Below, piece by piece: positions 54,001 to 64,000 of a stretch of DNA of 64,000 bases. Source of the stretch: Tubiluchus corallicola (Eukaryota > Animalia > Priapulida); the NCBI GenBank assembly GCA_030141605.1, contig JAQGDQ010000198.1, positions 124,001-188,000 on the forward strand, written 5' to 3'. The notes under the pieces were generated by a model that saw only the letters and a program-made list of their open reading frames with translations, made no database searches and was not told the DNA's origin. The number at the start of each line of letters is the position of its first letter. Within the stretch, counting starts at the first letter, position 1. The position numbers and the translations under genes were made by a program.

Positions 54001-57000
54001 TTATTTGCTAATAATGCTGTGCCGACTTAAAAGGGATAGCATTTCATTACAAATACAACTTTCCACAATTTTACACGAAACAGAGGTTAGGGAAACCGGT
54101 CTGTAGTTGCTAGGCTTGAGCTTTCACCTTTTTTGTATATTGAAACGATGTCAGCAATCATCCACTCAGACGAGAGCTCACCTGTACTAAAAGACTTATT
54201 AAAAATCAAAGACAAAGATAGCTAGCCATATGACATCAATAAGTTGGTTAAAAAGAATTGAGGGTATACCGTCAGGTGTGCGACTTGTTTTACATTTTAA
54301 TTTTTGTATAGCTTGTAGGGGGGAGTGAGGGGGGAATCTGACAGAGTCAAGTGAAACCCCAGCCGGAGTTGTGGATTCAGTGGAAAGGAACATCCTCCAT
54401 TGTCTACAGTAAAAAAGTCGCTGAAAACATTTATTCAACAGTGCATCTTTTTCAAAGTCAGGTGTGATTATTTTAAGAATGCTTGATAAACCACACTTGA
54501 GATTCTTGTAATGAATCTTACGAATATTCATACGGACACAACGATAAATCAGAGCCCTGTATGCCAAAGTTGTCCATGCAAATGCGCTCACTAAGGCACC
54601 AAAACAAACATGTTTTGCGTGTTGTGTTTCTTACAGAAACGAAAATCGTGAAGGAATAAGAAACCAACAGCGAAAGTAGGACAAATAAATGGCGAGACTG
54701 AGCATAAAGTCTAGTTTACAAAGTTTAGTTTTCACACCCAGATCAAATCAATAACACAAATATTAGACAATGAACTTGATCCATTCACATGAGTAACATT
54801 TTAAGGAGCAGCTCTATAACATAACAAAAAACTGGAATGATGTAACCATTTAACTACACAATTTAACTTGTTCTCATAATATCAGCCAAATCAACTTTCA
54901 GGTATTGTCATGATCCAAACACAAGAGTGCCAAATTAACGCGGAACCTTTTTCACCTTTTGTCAATACGGCATGGGAAAATGAACAACCAGAAAATTAAT
55001 CACGTGCTCTACAAGTGAATGGTACGTTGACTTCATAATGCCATTTTGCGCACTCTGTAAATGAGCCCGCGAGGCAACGGGTGTTATTTCAAGTTTACTA
55101 AATTACAAAAATGCGATTAAGTAAAAGATATCTGGCAGTCATAAAAAAATCAATAATATTTATGTTGGTAATAGTGGTATTAAAAATCTTAAGTGAAGTA
55201 AAAGAACATTTACTAGAGAGACGTCAGTTTAATGAGAAATTTGAAATTCGTAGCAGCTATAGTTTTAACGCTAACAACGTCGCACCAAAGAGAAAGCTAA
55301 TTTTGTTTTGGAACAAATTATACAAAGCTGACTTCTTCTACTTCGGAAATGGCAGTAAACCATTCGAACAATGTCACAAATTAGGTCGAAATTTTGAGAC
55401 GACAAACGACAAATATCGCTTGAGCGAAAGCGACGCCGTTATTGTGCATATGACTAACTGGTCTAAGGTCATTCCTCCTTTCCCTGCACACCGCCTCCCT
55501 GGACAAAGATGGGTTTTCTTTTTAAAGGAAACGCCAATCAGAATGGATCTCAGCACGAAAGGAAAAAACCCAAATCTGTGGCACTTGAACAACTTTTTTA
55601 ACTGGACAATGACTTATCGTCTCGATTCCGATATTCCGCAACCGTTTGGAAGCGTTGTTCGACTTCCTGAGCCACAGTTACAGTTTGCAAGAAACTTCGC
55701 AAAAGGTAAAACAAAACTAGTCGCCTGGTTTGTAAGTAATTGTGTTTATGATTTCTCTGGTCGCATGGAGTATGCAAAAGAGCTGCAAAATTATATATCC
55801 GTTGATATATACGGTGAATGCGGTACCCTCACTTGTGCGAAGAAAGATTCGCGTTGCAATGTCATACTAAAAACGGAATACAAATTTTACTTATCATATG
55901 AGAATGCTTTCTGTCGTGACTATATTACCGAAAAAGTGTACGACAGACTAAAATTAAGTGATTTAATACCAGTGGTTAGAGGAGAGGTGAACTACACAGA
56001 GTTAACTCCCCCTCATTCAGTCATCAATGCAGCAGATTTTAATTCACCCAGACAACTTGCAAATTATCTGTTATATCTGGATAAAAATGACACGGCGTAT
56101 TCGGAATATTTTGCTTGGAAACAGAATTATGCTATTGCAACAGATTATAAACGAAGCTTTTGTCATTTGTGTGAAAAGCTCAATAACCCACTTGAACCAA
56201 CCAAAGTATACGATATACAAGATTAGTGGGTCAAGCAAGGAAATTGCATTGAGCAACAAAGTGTATAAATGCTTTAATAAAAAGATCCTATATTATTTTC
56301 TAGGTTTGTGGTAATTTTTTCTGGTGACAACAATTATATATATATATATATATATATATAGTTTGCCTTTAGCAGTGTAAGCTTTTATTTTATTAACTAA
56401 CACTGATTGATTGCCTCTGTAAACTTTTACAAAAACTAAAAATTATGATTTATTTAATTAATATGATCGTGGATGTAGAAATTCTGAATTGGTGTGTATG
56501 TTGTCATACTGGCGTGATGGTACTTCATATTTGGTTAGTATTAATGATTTTAATTTTGTTAGAGGCAGAGAATGGTAAAGGTAATGGTAGTGGTAGTAGT
56601 AGTACCATTACCACCCGTTCTGGTAGAGAATTCCAAAGTGTTTTGCTCCTCTACATATCATAAACATACATAAAATAATAATGTGGTTAAATAGCGTCTA
56701 TACAAAACATCATTCAACGATTCATCCTAACATAACAGAGCAATGGAGTTTGTTTTATATGTTACATAATTAGCATCATATAATACGTATGCTTTGAACC
56801 GCGAACAGAGCCGGGGCACTAGTGCTGGCCGTGTTTAGTGCACTAACACACATTGATCCGGCCTGTAGCTCATCTTTCTCTTCGCCAGATTAGGAGACAA
56901 TTAACTAAACACACCACAATTTTATTTTATAAAACTCTGATGCTTTCACACTATCTTTCCGGATTCCACTTTTCGAAAAGCAAGAAAGGATTTTATACTA

Positions 57001-57841
57001 TTAAATACCTTGCAAACTACGCACTCAAATCAACACCTGGCTTTCTAGGTTAATCTTCAAAAACATGCATGCTGCTGCCGAATGAAAAAAAAATCACTAA
57101 AAATTTTGATTTTAGGAACACACACAGACTATTTTACTTTTTGTTTATGTTCAAATACATCAGTAACGTTAATATGCCGTTCATACAACATAGGTTACTA
57201 TTTTTACCCAACCAAATTTTAAGTTTGAAAACTTTTAACTTAAAAGAAGTCAACCACTATATGACCAAAAACAAGCTTTATCTATGAGAATGTTTTCCCT
57301 TTGGAAATCAAACAAGCTGTAAAAAAATAAAGAAAGAAATGCATCAACGATGGATTCGAATATCCAATATGCATAAATGATAAAATTCATTCGAACTCAT
57401 TTTTCATTTCTTCTCGCCCATATACATCAGAATTACCGATTAATGAAAGGACAAAATTTTATTTATTTTAGCTTTATTTTAAAGAAATAGCAATACGTAT
57501 TCTGAAGTTATTCATTTTAGTACACAAATTAAATTTTATTGTGTCGTAGTCAATTTATTGTTTAATTCGATTGTATTATTAGTTTATCTAAAAGTTATTT
57601 AAATTGGTGAAAACTAACTGTACTGTATTTTAATTATTATTGTATAAAATTTTTGGTGATATGTCATTTCTGTTCGTCTTTTTAATTTTATACATGTGGT
57701 TATAATTTGAATTTTTTAACTTGCACTTTTGTCATCAAGCAGTGGTGGTTTTTAACCATTGTCACTAGCTGCAACATGAATTTGCAATATTTATAGTTTT
57801 CGTTGGTTTTAAATTAATAAAGATGCATATATATATACTAT

Positions 57842-57907
<66 letters not shown>

Positions 57908-60900
57908 GCACGCACGCACGCACGCGCGCGCGCGCGTCAGATAACGGCGTTCAGGCTTTACTACGTTACAAAAAAATAACAAAGTAGTAGAGAAACTGTT
58001 TTTCATTTTCTTTATTAATGAAAGAGAGCAAAAATAGACACTGCCTGGATACTACTTTCTTATTTGAAGTTTAGGAACCTGTGCTAGCCCGCTCATCTTA
58101 AAACGTAATGTCTTAGCTGCAGGTTCTCATAAATTTTGATCATTTGCTTACCTCCTAGAATTAAGATTAGTTTCATTAATTCACATATTAATAAAGCGCT
58201 GAATTTGGTTACTTACTATAAGTTTTTCGGCTTCATTTTCCTGTGCTGTTGCATGATACGACAACACCTCTAAAGCTACACTCTGTTTTGCCATCAATTT
58301 GGTTGCGTTCTCATACATCTGGGTATTGTGTATCCCCAAGCCACAAAATATCGCAAATGCCTACATTCATTAAAACAATGTAAACATGAACAAGCACTTG
58401 TTACTTCTCAAACAATGTGGTTGACGGATTACACAAATGAATGCATAAAATAATTATGATATTGCTTGGGGAAATATTACGCTGCGGTGGAAAAACACAC
58501 CACTTTGCAGCACTATTATCAGTTTGTAGTAAAGTTTGTGTGCATTAATTGCAAGAAAGAATATTATTGTTATATTATTATCCAAGCAGAAACGTTTTTT
58601 AGACACACAAAAAGTAGCAACATGGTTGCACGTCTGTAATTTAATTGCTTAATTTCTCCAATTACCGCAAAATGTCACAAAGAATTAGAATAACAAAGAT
58701 GGATCACCATTCGCTTAAGTGGCTTTTAAATCAGTTAAATGATTACCAGTTAACCGTAACGTGAAGCTAATAGCAGAGTTGCTAAAATAACCTTTCTCGA
58801 ATTTTCCATGGCAAAATTTTCCATACGAAATACCATAATCCTCTTACAATTACCATTTTAACAATAAATCATTTTTATCAATTAACAAATAATAAAAAAC
58901 GTTCTTACCTCGAATATATTGGCATCCTGATCGGTGAAAGGTTGCCCGTTGATCTTATTAATGAGTTGTGCCACACCAATGATGATATTTTCACTGTCAA
59001 ATATGGGCATACAAAGAACGTTTTTAGTTTGAAAATCGCCTTCTTCTTCTTCCCCCTAAAATACGACAAAAATAATACGCTTCCGCGAAGTAACAAAACT
59101 TTCTCTAATTTCTTTAATTTTGCCAACCTTCTCTGATTACAGGAAAAAATACGACAAAAATAACCTTCCGCGAAGTAAAGAAAATTTTCCTAATTTCTTT
59201 AATTTTGCTAATATTGTTTGATTATAGGAAATATATTACCACAGTTTAATGCAAATTTTCTTTGCCATGCACTATTTTAACTTAAAAGTTCTAAAGATGA
59301 CTAAACATTACGATATAGTCGAGAGACTTTTAAAAATATATTACATGATGTGTACGGTTTTGCCGGTTTGCTTTTTTTGGTCGGACACAGGCCTATTGAA
59401 GCAATATTTCAGTTTGAACGAGATAAACAAACCTCCAACAACATCCTACGTACCAACAACGAGGTTCCTTCGTTCTCAAACACATTTGTATTGAATTTTT
59501 CAGTCAGTTCTGACATACTGATTGATATAAATAACGAAAAAACCACAGGCAAAGTGAAATCATTCTTCAAAAATGAAATTTAAATTTTTAAGCAAAGCGA
59601 AGACCTACTGATGTATAATAGCTCACCGTTAACTGGAATTTATCGTGGTTTTCAGCATCTTCAATATTTAACACCTAAAAAGTAAAAAAGTTCACCCATA
59701 TCAATTGGATTTGAACCCAGTATCATTTTGAGCGGCCCGAACGTAACCCTGATAAAAAGGCTTATAAAAAAAGCATTCATCACACAGAAACAAAATGGAC
59801 CGGCAATTCATCATGTTCTTTTTATTATTTAGTACTCTGCCTTTAGAAGAGCAAAAGACGTTAGTGAATTGATGTTCCCAAGATTGTGTCCATGTGTAGC
59901 AAACGAAATTAACCATTGCCCAGATTAAACCTGGGTGTAGTTTGGTCCAGGCCAGAGCATGTCGCGAGAATAAACTGTCCTAGTCCAAACTATAACCGGG
60001 GTGTAAAATATCCTAGGCCAGACTAGGCCTCTAGACCACGGTGACTCCAAGGAATGGCTGACCTATCCGGCGAACTTCAATCTACAGTCAATCGCAGGAC
60101 ATGCACTTTATCTTGAAAACAAACATGATCATTTTGATGTTATCACTATTTGTTTAACTTTGCCCATTTATACTGTAGGGAGGACTTGCTTGTCTTAGAA
60201 GTTGAAGTTTCAGGACGTTATAACTTTTGTCACATTATGAACAGTCAAGGTAATTGAACATTTTATTACAATTGCATTATGTTGTTTTGGATATATTCTT
60301 TTATTTTAATGTGTAAACACTACTGAGAAGTGTTATAGTAATCTTCGATCTTTGTTGAATCTAATATTTTTACTGATTGTGGTTTTCCTAATTAAAGTAA
60401 TAAAAATCTGTGTGTTCAGTGCCGTGGGCTTATTTTACGATTAACGTCAGTTAGATTTTTCATTTAGCTTACCTAACAAAGCTGAAATCCCAATAAAATG
60501 TTGTAAAATTAAGTAATTCTTGTGTATATCACTCAAAACTGCTGATATCATGGGGGGGGGTATAATCTGGCCTGGGAGTATGAATTGGCCTAAGCCGTAA
60601 TATGCCCCTGGGTATAATCTAGTCTAGGCAGGATTAGGCTAGTCTAGGCTAGTCTAATCTAGTCGGGTATAGTCTAGACTGGGCTGATACACCGGTACTT
60701 TTTATTTCCAAGAAAAACAGAAAATGATTGAAATAAAAGCCTACCTCACCAGTACCAGCCACATGTCTTGCTATCTGAGCGTGGTAAGATGACTTCAGCT
60801 TCTCGGCACTAATTTAAAAAAATCATTATTGGGTAACGTAATTGCAGAACGCTTTTTATTGTGATTTACGGGCTTCTGTTGATTTTACATCTCCTTAATG

Positions 60901-61524
60901 GTTTCCCCTATAAATACACTAGTCATTACAGCTAAAATATCAAGCTCATTACAGCTAAGATCTCTCAGGAGATCTTGTGTGTATGCTTTCGATGAAACAA
61001 AATCACAAAGGACGTTAGCAAGCAGGTAAAATAATCTCAAGCGTTGTATTATTTCAGCAACCTCTCAAGTTTTAATGAGACAGACGCCTTACAGGAACGA
61101 GAAAATAATCTTCCAGTTTCCTGAATCCGCGCTGCCCTAGAATGTGCGAACAACGCTTATGGAGATGCTGCTGGTGCTTCTACTGCTGCTGCTGCTGATG
61201 ATGATGATTGTGGTAATAATGTTGATGGTGGTGTTATTGCTGCTGTTACTACTAATGCTGTTGATGCTTGCTTGTTTTTATGATTGCTAAATTGTGGTGC
61301 TTATGTTGCTGCAACTTTCGCTACCGCCACTGAAAGTTCAAGAGTTGTTGTTGTTGTTCTTGTTGTGTTGTTTTTGTTGCCGTTGCCGTTATCGTTATCA
61401 TTGTTGCGTGTTGCTGTTGCTGTCATTGTCGTTATTAATTACCACAATTAATAACTCACCTTGGAAAAATCAGGTCGTCTGGATGTTTCGCTAGTAACTC
61501 AAACGCTTTAGAAAATGAAATTTC
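36462..61524 (-). CDS. Pde6: cGMP phosphodiesterase, GAF-domain class I, invertebrate PDE5/6 (Drosophila Pde6-like); 5' part outside the window
   Basis: Phase-consistent exons 61460-61524, 60745-60808, 59627-59674, 58909-59055, 58217-58360, 49807-49953, 48573-48704, 48015-48124, 47699-47786, 46328-46428, 46028-46105, 45621-45759, 44334-44417, [43962-44061 or 42356-42476], 38494-38768, 36462-36788. GAF-B motifs (LCMPI...GVAQLINK...F...D), [18 protein letters not shown], catalytic [60 protein letters not shown]; ends [10 protein letters not shown] (polybasic plus CaaX). Subfamily name is from recall, not a phylogeny. Confidence 0.93.
41180..41780 (+). mobile_element. Possible heavily decayed RTE-like LINE fragment
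   Basis: Only faint motifs (TDGIVLL resembling ADDIVLL; SYGSEA resembling LYGSEAW) among many stops. Confidence 0.25.
42022..42208 (-). mobile_element. tRNA-derived SINE (tRNA-Thr-like head) with (GA)n tail
   Basis: The - strand reads GGTCAGTAGCTCAAATGGTAGAGC (A box/D arm), CCTGC-TATGTAA-ACAGG (anticodon arm, TGT), GAGTTCGAAACC (B box). Acceptor and T stems are broken; a short body and the GA microsatellite follow. Confidence 0.7.
42023..42068. repeat. (CT)n microsatellite
   Basis: Perfect CT run. Confidence 0.95.
42356..42476 (-). CDS. PDE alternative exon B (last catalytic-domain helix)
   Basis: CAG|ATG acceptor; [40 protein letters not shown]; phase 0 in, phase 1 out at G|GTCGGT. Confidence 0.82.
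43962..44061 (-). CDS. PDE alternative exon A (last catalytic-domain helix)
   Basis: CAG|CAC acceptor; [33 protein letters not shown]; phase 0 in, phase 1 out at G|GTGATT, or reads on GDLAL* as a terminal exon. Confidence 0.8.
46895..47402. mobile_element. Degenerate Harbinger-like MITE
   Basis: GGGCGGTTCAGACGATCGGTTT versus the reverse complement of the right end AGTCCGTTTACACAATCAGTTT (15/22); many AAACTGACA/GTAAAC subterminal repeats. Confidence 0.4.
50602..50734 (+). pseudogene. Harbinger MADF/Myb-SANT-like DNA-binding protein, first exon remnant
   Basis: [44 protein letters not shown] then G|GTAGAA; fits the MADF pattern (I..V..RP.L.D.....Y..R......W.E.A). Confidence 0.8.
51177..51620 (-). 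pseudogene. Harbinger (HARBI1-like) transposase remnant lacking the DDE core
   Basis: N-terminal [34 protein letters not shown] then a donor at 51510; C-terminal [11 protein letters not shown]...[18 protein letters not shown]; the middle of the protein is missing. Confidence 0.85.
52990..54600 (-). mobile_element. Decayed CR1-clade LINE reverse transcriptase
   Basis: Frameshifted motifs [78 protein letters not shown]; boundaries approximate. Confidence 0.9.
55111..56226 (+). CDS. Alpha-1,3-fucosyltransferase (GT10), intronless, nested antisense in a PDE intron; C-terminus truncated by TAG (homology continues to 56268)
   Basis: 371-aa ORF with a type II TM anchor ([11 protein letters not shown]), [51 protein letters not shown] and the FucT motif [19 protein letters not shown], CxxC (FCHLC); AATAAA at 56276. 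Confidence 0.92.
   Translation: MRLSKRYLAVIKKSIIFMLVIVVLKILSEVKEHLLERRQFNEKFEIRSSYSFNANNVAPKRKLILFWNKLYKADFFYFGNGSKPFEQCHKLGRNFETTNDKYRLSESDAVIVHMTNWSKVIPPFPAHRLPGQRWVFFLKETPIRMDLSTKGKNPNLWHLNNFFNWTMTYRLDSDIPQPFGSVVRLPEPQLQFARNFAKGKTKLVAWFVSNCVYDFSGRMEYAKELQNYISVDIYGECGTLTCAKKDSRCNVILKTEYKFYLSYENAFCRDYITEKVYDRLKLSDLIPVVRGEVNYTELTPPHSVINAADFNSPRQLANYLLYLDKNDTAYSEYFAWKQNYAIATDYKRSFCHLCEKLNNPLEPTKVYDIQD
56335..56360. repeat. (TA)n microsatellite
   Basis: TA run. Confidence 0.9.
57844..57936. repeat. Compound (CA)n-(CACG)n-(CG)n microsatellite
   Basis: Continuous purine/pyrimidine alternation. Confidence 0.95.
59057..59230. repeat. Two-copy ~88-bp tandem duplication next to a PDE splice acceptor
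   Basis: AAATACGACAAAAATAA...CTTCCGCGAAGTAA...CTAATTTCTTTAATTTTGC...GATTA(C/T)AGGAA occurs twice. Confidence 0.85.
59917..60695. mobile_element. Non-autonomous element with inverted arrays of short CTAG/CCAG-rich subterminal repeats
   Basis: 59917-60040 (CCAGATTAAACCTGGG, CCAAACTATAACCGGGG, CCTAGGCCAGACTAGG) mirrors 60552-60695 (GGGTATAATCTGG, GGGTATAATCTAG, GGGTATAGTCTAG...ACACCGG). Confidence 0.45.
61165..61440. repeat. Mixed trinucleotide low-complexity tract (GCT/GAT/GTT)
   Basis: Degenerate NTG/GTT triplet runs inside a PDE intron. Confidence 0.8.
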
Positions 61525-63387
61525 CTAAAAAATTATAAAGTTGCAATAATTACTAATCATTATTTTCATGTGGCTTGCTGGGAGCTGACTAATGTTTATA
61601 ATCACACAGTGCACTGGGCAGTAAATGACGATCCTGGGCAAAACAGAGGATATACTTACGCAATTTTCTAACAAAACAGCTTTATCACAGTGCATTATAT
61701 ATTCGTGATTCGTATGTAAGCAGCAACATAATGATGGATATGGAACAGTAATTAAATATAGGCCTAATTTTGACGCGACCTTTAAACGTAAATACATATA
61801 ATTTACAGCCTAGTGAATCGGCAATAAAATGTGTAAAAGATTTTTCTTGAAATTAAGATTATAGCAGACAAAGCAATTGCAAAAACAGTGGTGAAAGATT
61901 AGCTAGTAGACAATATGGTGTTTTAGATACGCAAAGCAAATTTGACATCAAAAGTGCAGCAGACAAAATCTCACGAAAGATTTGTGGTTGAATGTCACAG
62001 CTTCCTCAGTTAATTTTATATGGTTTTATTCAAAAATCTATAATACACATTGAATGATTAGATCATTATGGGAAAAACAGATCCACAGGGAATAACAAGA
62101 CTACCAAAGCGTTTCTTCGAGAATGCTGCTTGTAGTAATTTTTATTTCTCGGTCTACAATGTCACTAAATATTATTCATAATATACTGACTATTGATATT
62201 TACGGACAGTTAAATATAAAAAAATGCATCTATATTATAACGAATGATACTATATGCATTTCTTCTAGTTTTGCGGCAAAAGTCCAATATCCTAGTCCTA
62301 TTAACAACACCTGATGGTGAACAATACCCAGTTAATTATAATGGTGCACACTTAGAAATGGATGTTATATCACACAGCAAAACAGTTCACTGGTCGATAA
62401 AACGACATACTGTGCACACGTTCGTCGTGACCATAGACAAACAACACTTCACTACAATAATATAGGCAACAAATAATGACCGAACACACAAAGAAATCTA
62501 AAACCACACGATAAAGAATAATAAATAACCAAGCTGGTACACTGAATAGTTTGACGAAACTGTTCGCTTTAGATTGTACAAGAAAGTACGTGCAAGAAAT
62601 ACTTCGGGGTGAAAATTTTTATCGTTAGCGTTGCTTTATCGTCGCAGTTTTTTTTGTTTTTTTTTTTTGATGCGGGTCTTTCGCAGTAAAAAATACTGGT
62701 ATCATCCCAGTCATAGACGCAAAAAGAAAAAAGTGTTTTCTCCACTTAATTTATGGAAACTTTTTGCAACGCTATTTTGATATAGAATACAAGCTTTAGT
62801 TCATTTCTAACAATTCTCAAAACATATTTCCCAAGCATTCACATAGGTGCAACAAACATTTCGTTATAGTCACGAAAATCTAACACTTATTTCAGAATAG
62901 CAAAGAAAGTGAAGAAACGTCAGATTAAGGTTTGACAAAAGGACATATAAAGGTAAGTTCACAATGAGCACTTGCGACATATGAGTGCACAAAAGATAGA
63001 CTATCTATAACAAACAACCCCTTATTTGGATAATACCTCTTTAAATGGAAATAACTTTGAGAAAACATCCTTGCGTTTCTAGAAAATTATAGGAAATTGC
63101 AAAATGACAAAAAGTTAATAACAAACCCTAATGTCTTGTTACGACACAAGTCATAACTAGGCACTAAACAATTACAGCAATGAACTTGTAACAAATCTTT
63201 CGAGGACACGACATGTTCATTATAATAAAATTTATTGACGATTTACAAGCCATGCAATTGCAATTGCAATTACAAGTTACAAAACATTACATAAACAATG
63301 CAGTACATTACAATGAAGAAAAAAAACTACACAGACAAAACCCCGCACATGGGGTATAATCGTCAACACAATACACAATAAAACACA

Positions 63388-63477
<90 letters not shown>
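63388..63477. repeat. (TAA)n microsatellite
   Basis: About 30 TAA units; gives the spurious poly-Tyr ORF 63277-63510. Confidence 0.97.
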
Positions 63478-64000
63478 GTAAACGGTATTTACAGTGGTTA
63501 AATATTTCAATTATATTATATTATGTTAAGTTATTTTACAAAGTTTAGTACACAAATTATATCGTTATTCGTATATGTTAATCAGGTATTTCTATTTAGG
63601 ACAATATAGGTGTTACGTCATCGATCATGTACTGTGGCCTAGCAGCTTTTCAACTGAATGTTTTAAAGCAGCCTGCAACCTCATCGTTAACGAGTTAGCA
63701 GGTGTCATAGGTACAAAAGTACGTGGAATGTTCGAGCATTATTTCAATTTAATTACATTCACGAATAAAATATTTTGGTAGCTTTTGCTAGTATAACTAT
63801 ATGTAATTATTAATTTTTCAAAAATGTCCGTTGATTTGAAATTCAACACAAAAACTGTGCAAAATAAGAGCTAATTACGTTACGCTAACTTGATGTTATC
63901 GCCATATGCACAAGAATTCAATCTAATCAATTCAGCGCCTTTTTTCAGACATGAACAGCAACTCGGAACCGAACGAATTCCTTGACATCGATTTTTATAT

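Noticed and set aside
63277-63510. Poly-Tyr ORF (and the VC-repeat ORF 57809-58006)
   Set aside because: Translations of microsatellites.

Overview
AT-rich, intron-rich animal (invertebrate-like) nuclear DNA; not prokaryotic, with no CRISPR or rRNA. I assembled gene models by hand from splice sites and exon phases. (1) A probable first coding exon of a telomeric-repeat-binding-factor (TRFH-domain)-like gene on the - strand (430-544). (2) Head-to-head with it, SPEF1 (+, 990-5586, six exons, one GC-AG intron, RFX X-box upstream). (3) Mitochondrial glycerol-3-phosphate acyltransferase GPAT1/GPAM (-, 8255-22065, start codon apparently split by an intron to 25451). (4) A repeat-rich intergenic region with a solo LTR and a decayed LINE. 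(5) The 3' part of a GAF-domain cGMP phosphodiesterase of the invertebrate PDE5/6 (Drosophila Pde6-like) type (-, 36462 to >61524) ending in a CaaX box. The PDE gene has two tandem homologous exons encoding the last helix of the catalytic domain that look mutually exclusive. Its 8.3-kb intron holds a deleted Harbinger transposon, a CR1-type LINE relic and a nested antisense intronless alpha-1,3-fucosyltransferase whose conserved C-terminal WW...C motif is interrupted by a TAG. All family assignments come from recognised motifs, not database searches.
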